Assembly (NCBI GenBank): GCA_963847195.1
Contig: CAWJZC010000003.1
Location: 55,968 to 119,967 of the forward strand
Direction: 5' to 3'
DNA length: 64,000 nucleotides
From: an uncultured Chloroflexia bacterium
Lineage (GTDB): Bacteria > Chloroflexota > Chloroflexia > Thermomicrobiales > JALYUS01
In this document: piece after piece, positions 31,417 through 39,679 of the stretch
How positions within the stretch are numbered: the stretch's first letter is position 1
How the letters are laid out: each line of letters opens with the position of its first letter
The notes under the pieces: generated by a model
The model's database searches: none
What the model was told of the DNA's origin: nothing
The model's input: the letters and a program-made list of their open reading frames with translations, nothing else
Made by a program: the position numbers and the translations under genes

Positions 31417-31440
31417 GCAATGTTCCCTTCCCAGAGCACA

Positions 31441-31630
31441 TCAAAGAGCCTCGAACTCATCCGACGTTCGTCCGGCCTGGCGCAGGATGCTTCCAAGCGT
31501 TCCAACACTCACGTCGCGGTGGTGTGGAACAAGTGCCGTCCGGGTTTCTGCACCAATCGCCTTCACGATTAACGCGGCTATCCTTCTGGCTGACCTCGAC
31601 GAACCCTGCCGCCTCACGCCTTCGCTTCAT
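31441..31630 (-). pseudogene. hicA: HicA-like mRNA-interferase toxin, one apparent frameshift near 31565
   Basis: (LSFRE)MKRRREAAGFVEVSQKDSRV then continues in the next frame as VKAIGAETRTALVPHHRDVSVGTLGSILRQAGRTSDEFEAL to TGA 31441-31443. It overlaps the end of hicB. Confidence 0.65.
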
Positions 31631-31856
31631 CTCTCGGAAAGATAGCGGTTGACGCGGCCCTGACGTCGATCTCGACGGTTCGGATATGTGGGGCAATGGT
31701 CGCGACGGGCGACTCGACATGCACCTCCAATGCCTCCTTGAGATTCCTCACCGCTTCTACTTCGCTCTCACCTTGGCTTGCCACATCAACCTCAAGGCAT
31801 TGGGCGACGTACCAATCGTCTTCATGCCAGATAGTTGCCGTGAACATTTGCTTCAT
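31614..31856 (-). CDS. hicB: HicB-like antitoxin (UPF0150-type N-terminal domain)
   Basis: MKQMFTATIWHEDDWYVAQCLEVDVASQGESEVEAVRNLKEALEVH. SD GAGAGGAGAAAG precedes ATG 31856. Confidence 0.7.
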   Translation of the reverse strand: MKQMFTATIWHEDDWYVAQCLEVDVASQGESEVEAVRNLKEALEVHVESPVATIAPHIRTVEIDVRAASTAIFPRDEAKA

Positions 31857-31981
31857 ATACTTTCTCCTCTCAGATGGATCATTCGGGTAGTGAGTTAGTT
31901 TGAAATCTACAAACCGTCTCAAAACTCCTCGGTAGGCGTCGCAAGGCTGCGCATTCATGATGGCCGCGCTTGATGATTCGC

Positions 31982-32473
31982 TCACCGTCGCAGTCGTGCC
32001 ATCGCGTAGGCATCAACGTAGATCCCGTCTCGGAAGGCGTACGCGTGCATCGTTCCCTCGATGGCGAAGCCGAACTTCTTGTAGAGATGGACGGCGGCAT
32101 TATCGGCGAAGACCGTCAGCTCGATCCGGCGCAGATCGAGCCAGCGATCCGCCAACTCGATCATCGCCGCCACCAGGGCGCTGCCGACACCCCTGCCTTG
32201 GAAGTCGTCGTGGACGCCCATGCCGATGCTGGCGCAGTTGCGCCGACGCGGGTTTGTCGCCGGATCGAGCCGCAACTGACCGACAACCCGGCCATCGATC
32301 TCGGCAACGAGGCTGTGCGCGCCCGGTGCGGGGTCCGCAAACCACTTCCGGCGGTCCTCGACCGAACGATAGGGCAACTGGAGGGTGCCAGCGACCACGC
32401 CGGGGCAGTTGAAGACCTCGGTGATGGCCTCAAGGTCTCGCGACTCCCTGCCTCGCACAATGATTGTGGCCAT
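31982..32473 (-). CDS. GNAT-family N-acetyltransferase
   Basis: Acetyl-CoA motif A: VHDDFQGRGVGSALVAAMIELA...LTVFADNAAVHLYKKFGFAIEG. Confidence 0.85.
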   Translation of the reverse strand: MATIIVRGRESRDLEAITEVFNCPGVVAGTLQLPYRSVEDRRKWFADPAPGAHSLVAEIDGRVVGQLRLDPATNPRRRNCASIGMGVHDDFQGRGVGSALVAAMIELADRWLDLRRIELTVFADNAAVHLYKKFGFAIEGTMHAYAFRDGIYVDAYAMARLRR

Positions 32474-32618
32474 TTTACCTCCTCGTCAGGTACTGTAGCA
32501 GCCCGTACTCTACCGTCGTCGTACACGAGGGCAAAGAGATTTGTGGCCTTATCGAAGTCGCGTTCGAGTTTTGAGACCGTTTGTAGGGGCCGGGATTTGA
32601 CCCGTAAGGCACACCGGA

Positions 32619-32822
32619 TCAATGCGTCATCCAGAAGATGACTGCCGAGAGAATGAAACCTGTCCCGATGAGTGAAACGACGATGGTGACCATCTCGTCC
32701 GCCCATCGCCGCTTCGTGACCAACCACGCAATATGAGGGAAGGCAAGGAACGCGACCCCGATGATCATCGCGAGTGTCGGGGGGAATGATCCATGTCCAC
32801 CGTAGGTGGCTAAGCCGGTCAC
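32619..32822 (-). CDS. Small predicted membrane protein (two hydrophobic helices)
   Basis: PTLAMIIGVAFLAFPHIAWLV and VTIVVSLIGTGFILSAVIFWM. GTG start, lower-GC patch, no family recognised. Confidence 0.35.
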   Translation of the reverse strand: MTGLATYGGHGSFPPTLAMIIGVAFLAFPHIAWLVTKRRWADEMVTIVVSLIGTGFILSAVIFWMTH

Positions 32823-32965
32823 GCTTTATGCCGGTTCTTTCCCCAATGCACCGCAGCCGCCTTCTGCGCACTCGCCCTGCGCCCCTCTTGAGCTGTCTCT
32901 GCCGAACGAACGTTACTGCATGAAACAAACTGAGCCACTACCATCATTCGCGATGATGGCACACG

Positions 32966-33430
32966 CTACTGCGGATCGGTCGTCAACTCGTCGTAGTTGA
33001 TCGGATACCCCGCGAAGAGACATTCGTGGCAGGCGGGGCCGAGGTCGAACTGGGAGCGGCAGCGGGAGCAGAAGCCCGCGCGGTAGCCGCGCGCGAAGAG
33101 CCGGGCATCCATCGGCTGGAGGGCCGCGCCGCTCGTCAGGTGGCGGCACTCCGCGACGAGCGATGCCTCGATCTCCGGCGTCAGCGCAGCGGGGCGGGCG
33201 ACATCGTAGCGGTTGCCGGCCCAGTCGCTGATGCTGATGGTGCGCACGGGGCCGAGGTCGTAGAACGCCTCCAGGTACGCCTGCCCCTCTTCGAGGGCGA
33301 CGATGGCGGAGACGTACTGGATCGCGGCGGATGCCTCCTGCTCGCTCGCGAAGAGCCGTCCGGCGATCTGGATCAGCCGGTTCGTCGCGCGGCGTTGCGG
33401 GTCGAGCCGCCCCGCATCAACGTCCGGCAT
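32966..33430 (-). CDS. Hypothetical protein with C-terminal CxxC...CxxC zinc-ribbon-like motif
   Basis: MPDVDAGRLDPQRRATNRLIQ...FCSRCRSQFDLGPACHECLF. ATG 33430 overlaps the trpF stop (33417-33419) by 14 nt. Confidence 0.45.
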   Translation of the reverse strand: MPDVDAGRLDPQRRATNRLIQIAGRLFASEQEASAAIQYVSAIVALEEGQAYLEAFYDLGPVRTISISDWAGNRYDVARPAALTPEIEASLVAECRHLTSGAALQPMDARLFARGYRAGFCSRCRSQFDLGPACHECLFAGYPINYDELTTDPQ

Positions 33431-34121
33431 GACCGACCTCGACCGGGGCACGGGCCGCCTGGATAAATGCCGCAATGCGCGCGGCGTCCTTGACACCGGG
33501 CTGGCCGGCGACCTCGACGCCGCTCGCCACATCGACGCCCCACGGCCGCACGGCGCGCAGGGCATCGGCGACGTTCCCCGGATGCAACCCGCCCGCCAGC
33601 ATGATGCGCCCCTCGGCGGCGAGCGCGGCGGCGACCGGCCAGTCGCCGGTTTGGCCCGTGCCGCCGTATTGCCCCGGCACATGGGCATCCAGGAGCGGCG
33701 TCAACGGCTGGCCGAACGGGCCGGGAGGCAAGCCGCGCGCCGCGTGGCGGAGGGCGTGCAATCGCTCGCGCAACGCATCGACATCCTCACCGGGCAGCGC
33801 GCGCATCGCCATCAGCAGGGGTACGTCCAGCCGCTCGACATCATCCGCCGTCTCATCGCCGGAGAGTTGCACGAGATCGAGGCCGCAGCGCGCCACCGTC
33901 GCGGCGATCGTCGCCGGTTCGGCATTAACGAACAGTCCGCTGATCAGCGGCTGATGCTCGCCCTCCGCGCGCAACGCGGCGATCACTTCCGCCGCATCCT
34001 CCGGCGCGATATACCGCTTCGTCCCCGGCCAAAACGTGAAGCCGAGGATATCCGCCCCCGCCGCCGCTGCCGCCCGCGCATCCACCAACCGCCGCACACC
34101 ACAAATCTTGACGATGGTCAT
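33417..34121 (-). CDS. trpF: Phosphoribosylanthranilate isomerase TrpF (in frame with upstream trpC, no intervening stop)
   Basis: MTIVKICGVRRLVDARAAAAAGADILGFTFWPGTKRYI...LVQLSGDE...GGTGQTGDW...LAGGLHPGNVADAL...GVDVASGVE. Confidence 0.85.
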   Translation of the reverse strand: MTIVKICGVRRLVDARAAAAAGADILGFTFWPGTKRYIAPEDAAEVIAALRAEGEHQPLISGLFVNAEPATIAATVARCGLDLVQLSGDETADDVERLDVPLLMAMRALPGEDVDALRERLHALRHAARGLPPGPFGQPLTPLLDAHVPGQYGGTGQTGDWPVAAALAAEGRIMLAGGLHPGNVADALRAVRPWGVDVASGVEVAGQPGVKDAARIAAFIQAARAPVEVGHAGR

Positions 34122-35015
34122 GGGAGAATGCCCCCTCCCCCGGCCTCTCCCGACACGGGAGGGGAGATTGCCCTCCCCCTTCCCGCCCACTGGGGAAGGG
34201 GGCAGGAGGGTTAGCGCACGCACCGCCGCCGTGCGGTCCGCCGCAGTGATGACCGATTCGCCGACGAGGGCGGCGTCGAACCCCGCGTCCGCCAGTCGGC
34301 GCATGTCGTCCGCGTTCTTGATGCCACTGAGGGCGGCGCGCACCGTCGTCGCGGGCATCTGGGCGGCGAGGTCAGCGGCGAGGTCGGTATTGACACTAAA
34401 ATCGCGCAAGTCGCGCTGATTGACACCGATCAAGGACGCGCCAACGGCGACCGCACGCGCCAACTCCACCGCGTTATTCACCTCGACGAGCGCGGTCATG
34501 CCGTACTCGTGCACGGCGGCGAAGAGCGTCGCGAGCATCGCGTCGTCGAGCGCAGCGACGATCAGCAGGCAGGCGTCCGCGCCCCAGGCCCGCGCCTCCG
34601 CGACCTGATAGGGGTCGATGATGAAGTCTTTGCGTAAGAGCGGAATCGCGCTGCCCACACCGTCGAGACCGCGACGCGCGATCGGCAGGTGCGTCAGGCT
34701 GCCGAGGAAGAACGACTCGTCAGTCAGCACGGAGAGTGCCGCCGCGCCGCCGCGCGCGAACTCGCCCGCGATCAGCTCGGGGTTGTAGTCCTCCACGAAG
34801 ATGCCCTTGCTTGGCGAGGCGCGCTTCAGTTCGGCGATCACGCGCACCGGCTCGCCCGGCCCGCGCCGCAGTGCGCCGAGGAAGTCGCGCGGCGGCGGCG
34901 TGCGGCTCAGTTTGAGCTCGATCAACTCCATAGAGACGCGCGCCTTGCGCGTCGCCACTTCCTGCCGCTTCTTGGCGAGAATTTCATCGAGAATCGTGCC
35001 GGTCCGCTCTGCCAC
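34122..35015 (-). CDS. trpC: Indole-3-glycerol-phosphate synthase TrpC (reads through a repeat into trpF)
   Basis: GTG 35015 follows GGGGAGG. ILDEILAKKRQEV...VIAELKRASPSKG...LSVLTDESFFLGS...LLRKDFIIDPYQV..GADACLLIVAAL...ALVEVNN..IGVNQRDL.. The tail LLPPSPVGGKGEGNLPSRVGRGRGRGHSP is repeat-encoded. Confidence 0.85.
34131..34213. repeat. C/G-run double hairpin repeat forming the trpC-trpF linker
   Basis: CCTCTCCCGACACGGGAGGGG (34144-34164) and CCCCTTCCCGCCCACTGGGGAAGGGG (34176-34201). Confidence 0.85.
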
Positions 35016-35061
35016 GTGCGCCTCCCCTCTTCTCGGTACAGTATACTCCGACGCATTGGGC

Positions 35062-35092
35062 GAGTGCTGAGTGCCGAGTGCTGAGTGCTGAG
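35062..35092. repeat. Heptamer array (GAGTGCT-type), single arm
   Basis: GAGTGCTGAGTGCCGAGTGCTGAGTGCTGAG in the divergent trpC/pepF spacer. TGA falls in all three + frames. Confidence 0.8.
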
Positions 35093-35146
35093 AACGACGC
35101 TCCATTAGCGTTACACCATTGCACGTGAAGCGAAAAGGAGTCATCT

Positions 35147-36861
35147 GTGGCAAATCTAACGCTACCGAATTCGCCTGAAGCGTTCGCGGAGGCGACGTGG
35201 GACGATATTCTGCCCTACTACCAGGAACTGGCCGCCCGGCCGCTCGATCGCACGAACGTTGAGGCGTGGCTGAGCGACTGGGCGAAGCTGGAGGAGATGG
35301 TCGCGGAGGCGAGCGCGATTGCCTACAACGCCTACTACGACCGATACGGCGAGCGCGGCGAAGGAGGCGGCGCAGGTGCGCTTCTCCAGCGAGATCGAGC
35401 CGCAGATGCACGAGCAGCACGTCGGCCTCTCCAAGCGGCTGCTCGACCTCGGCTACGAGCCCACCAACACCGAGACGCTGCTCCGTAGTTTCCGCAACCA
35501 GTTGGCGATCTTCCGCGAGGAGAATGTGCCGCTCGTCGGGGACGAGGAGCGGCTGAACACGCAGTACAACAAGATCACCGGCGGGATGACCGTCGAGTGG
35601 GAGGGTGAGGAAATTCCCCTCCCCCGCTTGCAGCCGTACTTGCTCAACCCGGATCGCTCGGTGCGCGAGCGGGCGTGGCGACTCGGCACGCAGCCCTACA
35701 TCGACCAGCACGACGCGCTCGCCGACATCTTCGACCAACAGTACGCGCTCCGGCAGCAGATGGCGAAGAATGCCGGGTTCGCCAACTACCGGGACTACAT
35801 GCACCGCGCCAAGGACCGGTTCGATTACACGACGGACGACTGCGAGCGGTTCCACGCCGCCGTCGAGCAGACCGTTGTGCCCGCCGTCGCGCGTCGGTTG
35901 GAGCGGCGACGCCAGCGGATGGGGCTCGACACGCTGCGCCCGTGGGATACCGCCGTCGATCCCGAGGGCCGCCCGCCGCTCAAACCGTTTGACGAGGTCG
36001 GCACCTTGATCGGCCAGGCGGAGACGATCTTCGACCGCGTCGATCCGACGCTCGGCGGCTACTTCAAGACGATGGCCGATGAGCGCCTGCTCGATCTCGA
36101 CAGCCGCAAGGGCAAGGCGCCGGGCGGCTACTGCATCGACTACCCATTCCGGGGTCGCCCCTTCATCTTCATGAACGCGGTCGGCGTCGCGGGCGATGTC
36201 GATACCCTGCTCCACGAGGCGGGGCACGCCTTCCACGTCTTCGAGGCGCACGACATCCCCCTCTACTGGCAGCGGCACACCGGGCTCGGAGATGGCGGAA
36301 GTCGCCTCGATGAGCATGGAACTGCTCACCGCCCCCTACCTCGCCAAAGAGGACGGCGGCTACTATTCCGAGTCGGACGCACGCCGGGCGCGCATCGAGC
36401 ATCTGGAGGGTATCTTGCAGGGGCTTCCCCACATCGCCGCGGTGGACGCCTTCCAGCACTGGATCTACACGAGCGGCGAGGGTCACGACCGCGACGCTCG
36501 CGATGCCGCCTGGCTCAGTATCCGCGCCCGCTTCGAGCGCGGCGTCGATTGGTCCGGGCTGGAGCGGCAGCGCATCGCCCGCTGGTACCGGCAACTGCAC
36601 ATCTTCCTCTACCCGTTCTACTACATCGAGTACGGCATCGCGCAGGTGGGGGCATTGCAGGTGTGGCGCAACAGCTTGGGGGACCATGCGGAGGCGTTGG
36701 CGGCATACCGGCGGGCGCTGGCGCTGGGCGGGACACGACCCTTGCCGGAGCTGTTCGGGGCGGCGGGGGCGGCGCTGGTCTTCGATGCGGGGACGATGGG
36801 CGCGCTCACCGCCCTCGTGGAAGCGCAACTGGCCGCCCTCGAAACCGAGAACGAGGGGTGA
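35147..36861 (+). pseudogene. Oligoendopeptidase F-family (M3B) metallopeptidase, two apparent frameshifts (near 35341 and 36283)
   Basis: GTG 35147 follows AAAAGGAG. The zinc motif HEAGHAFH and the downstream SEMAEVASMSMELL..FYYIEYGIAQVGALQVW are in different frames. Frames step 2,0,1. Confidence 0.8.
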
Positions 36862-37043
36862 TCGTGGCGACGTGTTTCGGAAACGGACTCACAGGCGCTC
36901 TGGCTGTGCTACCGGTAGCGCAGGCACGGCGCCCGCGTCCCCGAATGACGCGCTGAAGTCGTAAAGGTTCATCAGCCTGGCGCGGCGAGGTTCGGCAGGC
37001 GGGAGCCCGTCGCCACCAATACGACGTGCTGAGTGAGGAATCC

Positions 37044-37661
37044 ATGGACATGCGCTTCCTCATCCGGGGCATGATCTTCGGGCTCTCCATCGCCGCGCCG
37101 GTCGGGCCAATAGGCGTGCTCTGCATCCGGCGGACGCTGGCGGACGGGCGGCTGGCGGGATTCGTCTCCGGGCTCGGGACGGCGACGGCGGACGCCTGCT
37201 ACGGCGCGATCGCCGCCTTCGGCCTGACCTTCGTCACCACGTTTCTCGTCGACCAGCAGTTCTGGTTGCGATTGATCGGCGGCTCGTTCCTCTGCTACCT
37301 CGGCGCGACGACCTTCCTGAGCAGGCCCGCCGAACGGTCGGCGGCGATGGGGAGGAGCGGCTTGCGGAACATCTACTTCACGACATTCGGTCTCACGCTG
37401 ACCAACCCGCTGACCATTCTCACCTTCGCGGCGATCTTCGCCGGGATCGGTGTCGGCGAGCTCAACGGCGCGTACGGATCGGCCAGTCTGCTCGTGCTCG
37501 GCGTCTTCCTCGGCTCCGCGCTCTGGTGGCTGGTCCTCAGCAGCGGCATGGGCCTGATGCGGACGAAACTGACGCCCGCGCGTCTCGTCTGGGTGAACCG
37601 CCTCTCCGGCCTGGTGATCGCCGCGTTCGGGGTCGTCGCGCTGCTCAGCATTGTCCGGTAG
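37044..37661 (+). CDS. LysE/RhtB-family amino-acid exporter
   Basis: MRFLIRGMIFGLSIAAPVGPIGVLCIRRTLADGRLAGFVSGLGTATADACYG plus further TM helices. The start is ATG 37044 or 37050. Confidence 0.8.
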   Translation: MDMRFLIRGMIFGLSIAAPVGPIGVLCIRRTLADGRLAGFVSGLGTATADACYGAIAAFGLTFVTTFLVDQQFWLRLIGGSFLCYLGATTFLSRPAERSAAMGRSGLRNIYFTTFGLTLTNPLTILTFAAIFAGIGVGELNGAYGSASLLVLGVFLGSALWWLVLSSGMGLMRTKLTPARLVWVNRLSGLVIAAFGVVALLSIVR

Positions 37662-37746
37662 TGAGCGGTAGCGCAGGCTCCCATCGGGGACGCTCTCGTT
37701 CCCTCGACCGACCGGCTTCGAGACGCTTCCCCCACCGCCCACTACC

Positions 37747-37776
37747 TTGCACGCCGAGCGGCGCGGGTGTATATAT
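37747..37776 (+). promoter_or_regulatory. Sigma-70-type promoter (TTGCAC - 17 nt - TATATA, TG just upstream of the -10)
   Basis: TTGCAC 37747-37752, 17-nt spacer, GTGTATATAT 37767-37776. It lies in a lower-GC spacer. Confidence 0.6.
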
Positions 37777-37784
37777 GAGGCATA

Positions 37785-37970
37785 AATGATCCTGCGCCGT
37801 GCGTGATGCCTCCTTTATGCCATTGAGCCAATACTTCAATGTGCGGGAGCCATAACCCATCAGGAGCGAGGCCGCCGGTGAGTAACCGGCGTTACCATTC
37901 CCGGTGGCGGGGCGCCCACCTGCCTCGGCAGGTTCAGAGCATTCCGAGGCACACGGCGGGGCGGGATCAC
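37785..37970 (+). ncRNA. Candidate structured RNA (about 185 nt; small RNA or holA 5' leader), identity unknown
   Basis: A long interrupted closing helix: GAUCCUGC/GCGGGAUC (37788-95 / 37961-68), GCCGUG/CACGGC (37796-801 / 37952-57), UGCCUC/GAGGCA (37807-12 / 37946-51), AUGC/GCAU, UUGAGCC/GGUUCAGA. Internal hairpins lie at 37873-37891 and 37903-37920. No ORF. It sits directly downstream of a strong promoter. Confidence 0.4.
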
Positions 37971-38008
37971 CCCACGAATGACTGAGTCGAGGACCGAGGA
38001 CTGAGACG

Positions 38009-39100
38009 ATGGCGACGCAATCCCCCTCAGCCCTGCATTTGGTCCATGGCGATGATGCGAAGGCGGCGCGGGAGATCGTCGCGCAGTTGCAGGCGCGCCA
38101 CGCGGAACATGATCCCAGCGGCCTGAATGTCACGACGCTCGATGGCGAGCGGGCGACGCGTCGGCGATGTCATCACCGCGTGCGATGCGCTACCCTTCTT
38201 CGGAGACGGGCGGTTCGTGCTCGTGCGGGGGTTGCTCGGTCGCTTCCTCCAGGGGCCGGAGGGGCAACGCGGGCGGCGCAAGGCGGCGGACTTCGATGCC
38301 CTGCTGCCCGCTTGCCGCGTTCCTCCCGGTGATGCCCGCCACGACGACGCTCGTCTTCTGGGATTCCGGCACACTCAATCTCTCCATATTGCCTGCCCGC
38401 CGTGCGCGACGCATTGCTCACCGGCACCGTCCACGCCGCGAACCTGCCCGCGCCGACCGAACGGGACGCCTGGTTGCGCTGGATCCGCGATCGCGCGGTG
38501 GCGGAAGGGGTGAAGATCGACCGCCCCGCCGCCGAGGCGCTCCTGAACGCCCTCGGCGCCACCGGGACGGGGCCAACGGGCGCGCTCCGGTTGGAGAGCG
38601 AAGTCGCCAAACTGGCCGCCTACGCGCTCGACGATGGCGGCACGATTACCGCCGCGCACGTCGCGATGCTCGTCCCCGACGCGGCGGACGAGCAGACCTT
38701 CGCCTGGCTGGACGCGGTGATCGGCGGCAACGCGCGCGAGGCGGTGACGCGCACCGAGCACCTGCTCGCCGCCGGTGAGGAGCCGATGCGGCTGATGGCG
38801 CTCCTGGCCAGTCAGGCCGGTTATCTCACGCGCGCCAAGCGCCTCGGCAATGTGCCGCAGAACGATGCGGCGAGCCTGCTCGGCGTCGCGCCGAACCGCG
38901 CCTACCACCTGCTCCGCGCGGCGCGCGGCGTCGATGCCGGGCGGATGGCCGCCGCCGTCCACGACCTCGCGGCGGCGGATGAAGCGGTCAAGATGGGCGT
39001 CGCGACCAGCGACGCGGACGCGCTTCTCTGGGCCGTCCTCCAGGTCGCCCGCGTCGGCGCCCCCGGCCCCGCCTGGGAGCACCGCACCGACCTCCCGTAA
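38009..39100 (+). pseudogene. holA: DNA polymerase III delta subunit HolA, three apparent 1-nt insertions (near 38157, 38310, 38398)
   Basis: ALHLVHGDDAKAAREIVAQL..TTLDGERAT / VGDVITACDALPFFGDGRFVLVRGLLGRF / LAAFLPVMPATTTLVFWDSG / VRDALLTGTVHAANLPAPTERDAWLRWIRDRA..EEPMRLMALLASQ. Frames step 2,0,1,2. Confidence 0.8.
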
Positions 39101-39112
39101 TCGGAGCGCAAT

Positions 39113-39230
39113 TGAACCACAGAGGCACAGAGAGCACAGAGAAGAGAGAAAGAAGAACCGGACTCATTGTACGAGCATCCGGTCTCCCTTCCTCTTCTCG
39201 TTCTCTGTGCCCTCTGTGCCTCTGTGGTCA
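39113..39230. repeat. CACAGAG-type long palindromic element (copy 4)
   Basis: TGAACCACAGAGGCACAGAGAGCACAGAG ... CTCTGTGCCCTCTGTGCCTCTGTGGTCA, between the convergent holA and rpsT stops. Confidence 0.9.
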
Positions 39231-39239
39231 ACGTATCCG

Positions 39240-39507
39240 TTACTTGCCGAGAGCGTTGTACTTCGCCATCAGGCGGCTCTTGCGGCGGGCGGCGTTGTTG
39301 CGGTGGATGACGCCCTTGGAGGCGGCGCGGTCGAGCGCGCTGATCGCGTCGCCGACAGCGGTCGCGGCGGTGGAGGTGTCGCCCGCCTCGATTGCGGTGC
39401 GCGCGCGGCGCACATAGGTCCGCGTCGCGGAGATGATCGGGCGGTTGCGCTGGCGGCGGCGCTCGCTGCGTCGCATATCCTTCATGGATGACTTGAAGAT
39501 TCGGCAC
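39240..39507 (-). pseudogene. rpsT: 30S ribosomal protein S20, frame broken within the first ~5 codons (near 39494)
   Basis: GTG 39507 with SD CAGGAGAAG gives MPNL... The S20 body KSSMKDMRRSERRRQRNRPIISATRTYVRRARTAIEAGD..KGVIHRNNAARRKSRLMAKYNAL is in the adjacent frame. Confidence 0.85.
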
Positions 39508-39679
39508 GCGCTTCTCCTGATTGCTTCGGCTATCGACGCTTCACGCTGCAAACGGCCCTGCATCGGGCGCGTCTGGTAGACTACCACGGATGACGGCGCC
39601 GTGCAAGCAGCCGGATTGCCCCACCCCTGCCCCTGCCCCGCCATACGGGAGAGGGGAGTGCAAGGAGAACGCTTGCGTT

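Noticed and set aside
35016-36329. N-terminal ~440 aa of the 970-aa minus-strand ORF 33417..36329
   Set aside because: Only the C-terminal part has TrpC/TrpF sequence. The upstream part is an Arg/Gly/Ala/Leu-rich antisense translation of the pepF gene, which is typical of open frames in high-GC DNA. A GTG with SD at 35015 gives a normal TrpC N-terminus.
37785-37970. Assigning the structured RNA to SRP RNA, tmRNA, RNase P RNA or a known riboswitch class
   Set aside because: It lacks the SRP domain IV GGAA/AGCAGC motif, the tmRNA tRNA-like end, the RNase P conserved regions and any riboswitch core I can recognise. A 6S-like fold remains only a loose possibility.
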